Shown: in pieces, positions 44,591 through 51,512 of the stretch
How the letters are laid out: every line of letters starts with the position of its first letter
Numbering within the stretch: the first letter of the stretch is position 1
Notes under the pieces: model-generated
What the model was told of the DNA's origin: nothing
Seen by the model: the letters and a program-made list of their open reading frames with translations, nothing else
The model's database searches: none
IMG/VR virus record: IMGVR_UViG_3300032318_001575
Span: 1 to 51,512 of that record
Source of the DNA: a virus
Taxonomy: Duplodnaviria > Caudoviricetes
Direction: 5' to 3' (one strand)
DNA length: 51,512 bases
Program-made: the position numbers and the translations under genes

Positions 44591-45609
44591 ATCCTCTCTT
44601 TTGCATCCAGCACCATGATGAGGGAGATCACATCTTCCTCCTCGCGCTGCTCAATCCGTCTCACTTCTTCCAGATAAGCGAGGAACGCGGCCCGCAACAT
44701 GCGGGAGGTTTCCGCTTCACTCCTGAGCCTGTCCTCTTCACGCTGCCGCGCTTGGGTCTGTACCCCCGCCAGATTGCGGGACAAATCCAGTATCTGCCGG
44801 CGAATAACCTCAAGCCCGCCAAGTTCAGGCGCCTCAACCAGAACCTGCCTGGCAGGGACTGCAATGTCGAAGACCCGGATAAACTCTTGAGCCCGTGCTT
44901 TCAAGCTGCGCGCTGTCTTGCGCCGCCTTGATCTGGTTGGCTCTGTGGCCTCCCGCACCGCGCTTTCAATTGCTTTGCGCAACTCGCCGCGATACTGGCC
45001 GCGATACCAGTGAGCCCCGCCCCCGCCCGATGTGCCGCCGACAGGAACCGGCGCCGGACTTGGTCGCGCAACCTCCAGATCAGCCTCAAATCCGGAAGTT
45101 GCAAACGAGCCACTTGCCAATCCGATGGACAGCGTAACCACGCGGCCCGCATCCGATCCGGACACCGTAAAGACGGCAGCGTTCAGAGCCAGCGAATACT
45201 CAACCCCCGCCCCCGGCTGGAACGTCAGTTCTGCGTTTGAACCCGAAACGCTGAAGGAGCCAGCGTCCAAAGCAAGGGCACGTGAGACAGGCGGCTCTGC
45301 CGCGTCTCCAGACAAGGCAAAGGCACCCGCCTCGCCGGCAAAGACCCTGCCCACAGACACGCCCGCAGCGGTTCCAGCGAGAGACAAAGAAGCGGAGGCC
45401 GCTTCCATGTTTCGGCCGGACAAAGTGCTGGCAGCGCTGCCGGTCAAATCAAATGCGGCTCCGCTTGCCGCAAACGCCCGCCCAACGCTGGTTGTCGCTG
45501 CCGTTCCGGTTACGGCAAAGCTGCCCGCCAACGCCTCCAGCACAAAGCCTTCAGCAGGCATACCCGAAACCGGCAACGAGCCGATGGGCGCGGAGCCAAT
45601 CAAGGACAT
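44587..45609 (-). CDS. Putative virion protein with ~22-aa beta repeats and a helical C-terminus
   Basis: Repeated A..G.F.L.G..A units; ends EEEDVISLIMVL. Confidence 0.6.
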   Translation of the reverse strand: MSLIGSAPIGSLPVSGMPAEGFVLEALAGSFAVTGTAATTSVGRAFAASGAAFDLTGSAASTLSGRNMEAASASLSLAGTAAGVSVGRVFAGEAGAFALSGDAAEPPVSRALALDAGSFSVSGSNAELTFQPGAGVEYSLALNAAVFTVSGSDAGRVVTLSIGLASGSFATSGFEADLEVARPSPAPVPVGGTSGGGGAHWYRGQYRGELRKAIESAVREATEPTRSRRRKTARSLKARAQEFIRVFDIAVPARQVLVEAPELGGLEVIRRQILDLSRNLAGVQTQARQREEDRLRSEAETSRMLRAAFLAYLEEVRRIEQREEEDVISLIMVLDAKERM

Positions 45610-45786
45610 GCAGGCTATCTCCGTTTCATTCGTCCCGACGCTAGTCCGTCACCCGCTCCACCTCACCCCGTGCGACGACGATGCGGGTGTTGTCGGTTTC
45701 GCTGCGCCTGACCCATTCGGCGAGGCGCTTGTCCCAGTCGGTGGGCGGTGTTGTGCGCTGGGGCGGGCGGTCGCAGTTGTCGTGCA

Positions 45787-48393
45787 TCAGTAGAGTTCCT
45801 CGACAATCATGAAGCCCTTGAGGACATCGATGGATGTGCCGTCGCCGGACTTGAACCTGATTTTCACCGTGTGCGTACCGGCACCAACGTCGATGATGCC
45901 GACCGTTACCCGACTGCTGTAATAGCCGTCAGCGCCGACACGCAACTCCGATACCGCGTCGTCAGACCCGCCGACGTTGATGTAGAAATAGCCATAGCTG
46001 GTGGTGGACTTTGCAGCCCAGACACTAAGCGTGACCTTCAGCTTGGTGTCGGCCAGCGTCGTGATGGTCGTGCTGTAGCCGGTCAAATCTGTTTCAGATG
46101 TGCTGGTCGTGCTTCGCGTTGTGCTGTCGTCAACGCGGATGATTTGCCGCCCGCGATACGCTCGCTTACCAGCTACATAGGACTTGCCCTTGTGGTCACC
46201 ACCGCTGATGCCGGTAACCGTTGCAAGCCCCGTCGCCCCGTCGCTGGTCGGAAACGGGAAAAACGTGTTGCCGTAGCTTGAACCGACATCGCCATTACCA
46301 GCAACGCCGCGCGTCATGCCCAGGTTGGAGAAGTAGTTCTCCAGAGGGAAAGCACCGTTCGCCGTCCACTGTTGCAGGTAAACGTCGTAGCCGGTCGTCA
46401 CACTGTGACGCGGCAGGAATTGCACTTCGATGAAAGCGTTGTTGTCTGCACCGTTGAGCCATGCGCCGTGGCTTTCGCTGGTGCAGCCGTAGAAGTACGT
46501 CCCGCCAATGAAGACGTTGCGGGCGCTGTCAGGTTGCCCAGCCAAGTCCGTTCCGGTTGATACGCCGGAAGTCAGGATGATGCCGCGAATGGTGCCTTCA
46601 ATGCGGTAGACACTGCTTCCCGCAACCGGGGTCGTTGTCCAGGCTGGGCTGACCGTCAGTGCGGTTGCGGTGTTCGATGAGATGGTGCGCGTCTGACCGG
46701 AACCTGTGCCGGAGACAATCCGCACTTGATAGTTTGTCCATTCGTTGGTTGTCCACGTCTTGCCCGTATCAGCCAGCGTGGTGCTGGTCTGCGAGCCGGT
46801 GGCCGTGCCTTCCGTGTCCGCAGCCTGATTATCCAGAAACCCATAGCAGTCCGTGAACCTGTTGTCTGCGCACCCGAACGCGGCACCAACTGGATTGGCG
46901 GATTGAGTCGTGAGATAAAATCCCGCCTCCGTGTAATTGCGGCACGACACGCGATGAAACGTGCCTTGCGTGACGTGGTTGACCAGAAGCCCGCGACCGG
47001 CCTTGTTGTCGCAATCAAGCGTCAGGTTCTCGACGCCGACGCCGTACATGGGGCCTTGGAAATAAAGCAGGTTGGCGGTGAGGCTGGCCGTGCCTGCAAA
47101 CAGCAGGCGCGAAGAGCCATTCACTTGCTGATTTATCTTGCCCGTCGTTGAGCCGTATGAAGCCCCAACCAGCCTAATGCGGTTATCCTTTGTAGACGGC
47201 GCGCTCGCGCTGCCATTGCCCAGCGTAATGCCGGTCGTGGTCGCGTAGGTTCCGGGCGGGAAATACACCACGCCGCCGCCTGCCGAGTTGACCGCAGCAA
47301 TCGCGTTGTTAATGGCCGTCGTGTCGTTCGTGACACCGTCGCCGGTCGCACCGAAGTCCTTGACCGAAACCCAACCGTCCTTGAGTTTCGCGTCTACCGT
47401 GCGGCTTGAAGCGCCCGTGCCTGTCTGTGTAAAGGCCAGCTTTGTTCCAGCAATCGCGGCGCTGGAATTCACGTCAGCGTCCACGATGACGCCAGAGCCA
47501 ATCGCCGTCACCCCGGCGTTGCTGACCGTCACGTCGCCCGTCAGCGCAGTCACGGTCGGGACGTTTGAGGCGTTGCCCAATAGCACGCTGCCCGCCGTCA
47601 TGCTGGCGAGCTTGCTGTAGGCAATAGCGGCGTCCGACTTGATTTGCGTGTTGGTGATGTCACTGACGGAAATGGTCGGATTGCCCGACACACCGTCCCC
47701 ATCGGTCACGGAGATGGGGGCCGTCCCCGTAATGGTGCGGCCCGCAAACGTATCGGCAGACGTCTGGGTAAGTAGCCCGTTGGTGTTGTAGTTTGCTAAG
47801 GCTGCGAGAGTTGCGTCGTAGGCTTGGACGTTTGTGCCGATGGCAAGGCCCAGCGTCGTGCGTTGGGCAGATGCGTCGGCGTCGTCAATCAGGGCCGCAC
47901 CCGCCGTCGAAATCGTGACATTGTCCGCGCTGATGTCCAACGTGCGCGCCGCGTCACCCGTCGTGATGGTCAGCGTGCGGTCAGCCGTCAGATTGGAGCC
48001 GGGCGCTATCGTCAGCGTGTGGCTGGCATTCGTATCCAGAACCTTCAGGCCGGTGTTGTCAAAACGGCTGACCTTAAACGCCTTGGAAATCGCTGCGACG
48101 TAGATGTCCTTGTCACCCGCCGAAAAGTTGGGCGAGGCGTCGGCGGGATCGCTGGTCGCAACAATTTCATCCACCGTCAGCGTGTTGGCGCTGGAATAGG
48201 TGCAATAGCAGGCTTGCCATTCATCCGCAGACCGATGGGCAATTACAACCGGGATATTGGCAGCGCCCGTGCTGTAGCGGCGCGAAAACGGGTCATAGCC
48301 CGAAGCGGCACTGCCCGGCAGCGTGATGGTCGTGGTCGTGCCCTTGGTGCCGGTAAAGGTCACCAATTCGCGGACGCGGTCGGCTACGGTCAT
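45787..48393 (-). CDS. Tailspike/fibre with pectate-lyase-like beta-helix (depolymerase candidate)
   Basis: WVSVKDFGATGDGVTNDTTAINNAI...VYFPPGTY; preceded by fibre-like repeats. Confidence 0.8.
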   Translation of the reverse strand: MTVADRVRELVTFTGTKGTTTTITLPGSAASGYDPFSRRYSTGAANIPVVIAHRSADEWQACYCTYSSANTLTVDEIVATSDPADASPNFSAGDKDIYVAAISKAFKVSRFDNTGLKVLDTNASHTLTIAPGSNLTADRTLTITTGDAARTLDISADNVTISTAGAALIDDADASAQRTTLGLAIGTNVQAYDATLAALANYNTNGLLTQTSADTFAGRTITGTAPISVTDGDGVSGNPTISVSDITNTQIKSDAAIAYSKLASMTAGSVLLGNASNVPTVTALTGDVTVSNAGVTAIGSGVIVDADVNSSAAIAGTKLAFTQTGTGASSRTVDAKLKDGWVSVKDFGATGDGVTNDTTAINNAIAAVNSAGGGVVYFPPGTYATTTGITLGNGSASAPSTKDNRIRLVGASYGSTTGKINQQVNGSSRLLFAGTASLTANLLYFQGPMYGVGVENLTLDCDNKAGRGLLVNHVTQGTFHRVSCRNYTEAGFYLTTQSANPVGAAFGCADNRFTDCYGFLDNQAADTEGTATGSQTSTTLADTGKTWTTNEWTNYQVRIVSGTGSGQTRTISSNTATALTVSPAWTTTPVAGSSVYRIEGTIRGIILTSGVSTGTDLAGQPDSARNVFIGGTYFYGCTSESHGAWLNGADNNAFIEVQFLPRHSVTTGYDVYLQQWTANGAFPLENYFSNLGMTRGVAGNGDVGSSYGNTFFPFPTSDGATGLATVTGISGGDHKGKSYVAGKRAYRGRQIIRVDDSTTRSTTSTSETDLTGYSTTITTLADTKLKVTLSVWAAKSTTSYGYFYINVGGSDDAVSELRVGADGYYSSRVTVGIIDVGAGTHTVKIRFKSGDGTSIDVLKGFMIVEELY

Positions 48394-48484
48394 GAAAATA
48401 CCCAGGCTGTAAACGCACGCAAAAACACCGCAGGGAAGCGGTCGGCTTCCCATGCGGCGCGGATAGGCTTTGAAGTCGTGGCGG

Positions 48485-48931
48485 TTAGGTCAACGTGAAG
48501 ACAGATGTGTTGAGGCCTGTTACGCTGAACGTGTCGCCATTGGCACCCGACAACGTCACGGACGAACCATAATCCCACCAGCCGATCAGACGGTCATTAG
48601 CGTTGGTGTCATTGTAAGCGACAGCATAGCGCAAAGAGAAGCCAGACCCACTTGCGGTCCATGTTGGAATGGCGCTTGTGGTCTTTACAGTCTCCGTGCC
48701 GCTCGAATTGCTGGATATACTCGCGCCGCCAGAATTTCCACCAGTGGTGTAACCATTGCCGCTGGAGACTTCGACAGAACCACCCGCAAGCGTGCCGGCA
48801 TAGTTCTGGTCGGTCGCTGCCGGAGCCGTTGCGCTTGTATACAGGGCAACCTTGATCACGTTGCTGTTGAGGTTGTGATCCCCGCGAACCAGCCCCTGAA
48901 CGAACAGATTGAACTTGTTAAACGACGCCAT
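48485..48931 (-). CDS. Putative virion structural protein (fibre-associated)
   Basis: IKVALYT...GYTTGG...WTASG...LIGWWDYG. Confidence 0.65.
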   Translation of the reverse strand: MASFNKFNLFVQGLVRGDHNLNSNVIKVALYTSATAPAATDQNYAGTLAGGSVEVSSGNGYTTGGNSGGASISSNSSGTETVKTTSAIPTWTASGSGFSLRYAVAYNDTNANDRLIGWWDYGSSVTLSGANGDTFSVTGLNTSVFTLT

Positions 48932-49133
48932 GGGTCAAAGCCTTTGCATTGATGACAAGTGGCTCGGCATGCAATCCGTGATGCCGCTGGACATCCGGAT
49001 CCTTCGGCGCACACCGGGCGTGAAATTTATGCAGATGACGGTTGATGCCGTCCTGCAGCAAGGTGTAACTCTCGCGGCCAATTTCATTGCCGCAACCTTC
49101 GCAAAGCTGGCCCTCAACGTAGATATGCATCAA
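48918..49133 (-). CDS. Small Cys/His-rich hypothetical protein
   Basis: CxxC...HxxC; overlaps the portal stop and the next start. Confidence 0.5.
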   Translation of the reverse strand: MMHIYVEGQLCEGCGNEIGRESYTLLQDGINRHLHKFHARCAPKDPDVQRHHGLHAEPLVINAKALTHGVV

Positions 49134-51512
49134 GCCTCGCTCGCCGTTGCCGTTGAAACATCCTGCGCAACAACCCGCTCCATCTGGCCCGTTTGGTTGC
49201 GGATGATCGTGTAAACCCGATCCTTTGGCTTGCGCGGTGCGATGGGAGACATGTCGGCTGGATCTGCGCCGATCTTGTCGAGGATCTCCTGGATGCCATC
49301 AAATCCCTGCATCCGGGAAACAAGAGCCGCATATTCAGCCTGCATCTGCGCAAGCTTGATCTTTGCTTGGGCAAGCTCGACATTTTCCCGAGCAGCGTCC
49401 AGGTCCGTCTTCTCTTGAGGCATGCCGGCGAGCGTGTCATTCGCCCCCTTGCGGATTTCGTTGTCGATCTGCAACTCCTTGAGCCGTATGGACGCGCTTA
49501 ACTCAATCTTGCGCTGCTCATGCTCCGCACGCCGGAACTCAAGCTCAGAGGTCAGCTTGTGCATTTCAAACCTGAACTTCTGCTCCGCCTCGGTTGATCG
49601 GGCCTGCATCTCCGCCAATTTCTGCTGCGCAGTGGTCTGTGCCGCCTGCATCTCACCCTGCATCCTCTGGGTTTCAACCTGAAGCTTCTGCGCTTCCGCC
49701 TCCGCCTTGGGGTCTGCAGGAGGTTGCTGTGGCTGCTGCTGCGCCTGCTCCGCCATGGCTATTGTTTCCTCAATGGCAGACTCCAGCGTGCGCCCCGCGC
49801 GGAAACCGCGAACACCAAACTCGAGCATTTTCATTAAAAGCGGCGTCAATTGAGGAACCTGCTGACCCACCTGCGCCGCCTTCTCGATGAAGGGAGACAC
49901 TGCCGTCAGGAACTCTACCCGCGTTTCCTTCTCGCGCTGCTGGTCAGGGGCGACGGTCGCGTCCGTCTCAATGTCAACGCGGAAGGTGCGCAATCGATCG
50001 GATTTGACCAACTGCACCGCTTCCATCAAACGTGCGTTTCTCGTTTGGAGCGCCTGCTCATGCTGGGCCAGCGAGTTTGGATCCTGGGGGTTGGCCGGCC
50101 GGATCCTGAACTCATCCGTCTCCGCAATCCCGCTCATCTCTATCAAAGCCTCGGGCGCGTAATGCTCAGATTGTATCTCAGCCATGATCCGCAGCGTGTC
50201 ACGTGCAAAGCGTGCCATTTCCGCTTGCCGGTCCTGAAGCCTCAGGTTGCCGAAATTTGCCTTGATCTGTTGGGCCGTGGCTGTCTCCGAGGGCGCCGTG
50301 GCCCCGCGGATGATGTCCGAAATGCCCGTGACCTCATACAAATCCTGCTTTAGCTGGCTGCGGGCCTGAAACAGCCCGTTCAGAACAATCTGGATTTGCT
50401 CGATCGGAAGCCAGTCAATGTTGGTCTTCATGCCGCCGGACTGCGCAAACGCCATCCAGTTCTCAACCGGCACCATTTCATTTTCGTCGGCTTCGGTCAG
50501 AAGACGCGAGAGATCAGCTACTTCGCCATTGTAAAGACCAACAACCCTTAGGGCCTTGATAAGCAGGCGAATGCGATCCGTGATCTGGTCGATTTGCTGT
50601 GCCTGGTCTTGATACAGGGCATAGTCAGGGACCGGGATCAGGCTGTCAGTGGTCAGGGTTCCAAAGAGCGGCCTTGGGAACGGAAAGAACCCTGTCAGCT
50701 TGAGAGGGTCTGGCTGCCTCTTGATGGGAGCATCCTCATACCCGTCCGAGACCCACAAAACCTCGCGCCGGCTTTTGTCCCAGATCTCCCACACCTCCGC
50801 GCAGTCCGCTTTCTTCTTCTCGTCGGAAGAATACTCGTCCGCCTGCTTGCCGCTGTAGGTCTTGTTCAACTTCACCTTGCGCCCGAGCTGGTCGCCGAAG
50901 GTCTTGATGAGCTGGGGGCGCTTCATCAAAACCCGCTTGGCCGCCCAGTTGACCTTTGACCAGTCGTTTACAGGCTCATGAAGGAAATCGGACCAAACGA
51001 CATGGTCAAGAGCTAGTCCGTAAGCCAGGATCTGCTCTTCCGGATCGGTTTCGTAGTAAAGACCCTCTTCGTCTTCCCTTACTTGGTCAGCCGGGATTTC
51101 TTCCCCGCCCTTGAGCGGACGGAATATGCTTTGCCCCGTACCCTCCAGGCTGACCTGCGTCACGGGCTCACGCATGGGCACCTTGCCAATCTCAGGGGCG
51201 AAACGCACCCAGTCGATGCCGCGGGCGCATAACAGGTAGTCATCCCTCACGCGGCGCATGACGTAGTCAAAATCGCAAAGTTCCTGCGCCGTTTTCAGGT
51301 TGCGCTCGAGGATCATGGCCGCCGTGCGGCTTGTAGGATCGCGATCGAGAAAACGACGGGAGACGTTTGGCGTTGGCGTCTGGCTATACAGTGCCGGCTG
51401 CAAGGTCTGGATATTGGACCAGAGGATGTTCAGTTTGTGTGACTGCTTGGCCTCATCAAAAGCATCGGTGCGCTTTCGATCGTCCTTGTAGATTTTCAGG
51501 ATGCGCTTGCAA
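49130..51512 (-). CDS. Portal protein, main part (start at 236 across the junction)
   Basis: EVWEIWDK, FFPFPRP, YEVTGISDIIRG...ETATAQQIK, long Gln-rich barrel. Confidence 0.9.
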   Translation of the reverse strand, partial: CKRILKIYKDDRKRTDAFDEAKQSHKLNILWSNIQTLQPALYSQTPTPNVSRRFLDRDPTSRTAAMILERNLKTAQELCDFDYVMRRVRDDYLLCARGIDWVRFAPEIGKVPMREPVTQVSLEGTGQSIFRPLKGGEEIPADQVREDEEGLYYETDPEEQILAYGLALDHVVWSDFLHEPVNDWSKVNWAAKRVLMKRPQLIKTFGDQLGRKVKLNKTYSGKQADEYSSDEKKKADCAEVWEIWDKSRREVLWVSDGYEDAPIKRQPDPLKLTGFFPFPRPLFGTLTTDSLIPVPDYALYQDQAQQIDQITDRIRLLIKALRVVGLYNGEVADLSRLLTEADENEMVPVENWMAFAQSGGMKTNIDWLPIEQIQIVLNGLFQARSQLKQDLYEVTGISDIIRGATAPSETATAQQIKANFGNLRLQDRQAEMARFARDTLRIMAEIQSEHYAPEALIEMSGIAETDEFRIRPANPQDPNSLAQHEQALQTRNARLMEAVQLVKSDRLRTFRVDIETDATVAPDQQREKETRVEFLTAVSPFIEKAAQVGQQVPQLTPLLMKMLEFGVRGFRAGRTLESAIEETIAMAEQAQQQPQQPPADPKAEAEAQKLQVETQRMQGEMQAAQTTAQQKLAEMQARSTEAEQKFRFEMHKLTSELEFRRAEHEQRKIELSASIRLKELQIDNEIRKGANDTLAGMPQEKTDLDAARENVELAQAKIKLAQMQAEYAALVSRMQGFDGIQEILDKIGADPADMSPIAPRKPKDRVYTIIRNQTGQMERVVAQDVSTATASEA
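51390..51512. repeat. Terminal direct repeat, right copy
   Basis: Identical to 1-123. Confidence 0.95.

Noticed and set aside
45640-45787. Small ORF after the spike gene
   Set aside because: The coupled ATG gives a 45-aa low-complexity peptide and the more protein-like frame has no start; not supportable

Overview
The window looks like the complete (~51,389 bp) circularly permuted genome of a temperate, podovirus-like (P22/BPP-1-style gene order) phage, probably of an alphaproteobacterial host. The first 123 bp are repeated at the end and split the portal gene. Modules: packaging (ParB-methylase, TerS, TerL, portal); head (scaffold, major capsid, decoration); adaptor, nozzle and ejection proteins; fibres and a spike; lysis (CHAP-like endolysin, holin candidates, Rz/Rz1); integrase/xis with an intact attP matching the 3' half of a tRNA-Pro(GGG); a CI/Cro switch with 17-bp operators; recombination and replication genes; and a DUF6456-like late regulator. 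The major capsid gene is split by an 879-nt group I intron carrying a LAGLIDADG endonuclease, and both splice sites can be read from the sequence. The most unusual signal is a set of about a dozen accessory genes scattered through the late operon. They include (i) at least five otherwise unrelated proteins sharing a terminal S/T-[IV]-R-x-D-I-x-[RK]-A motif, (ii) four paralogous glycine-zipper proteins with basic C-terminal tails, (iii) three Pro/Gln/Met-rich disordered proteins, and (iv) an R-S-E ADP-ribosyltransferase on an ejection-protein-like N-terminus. I infer a candidate tag-directed virion cargo-loading/injection system, which is untested. A three-domain glycosyltransferase/Maf-like/FkbM enzyme sits in the head module. 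All product calls come from motifs and gene order; no database searches were run.
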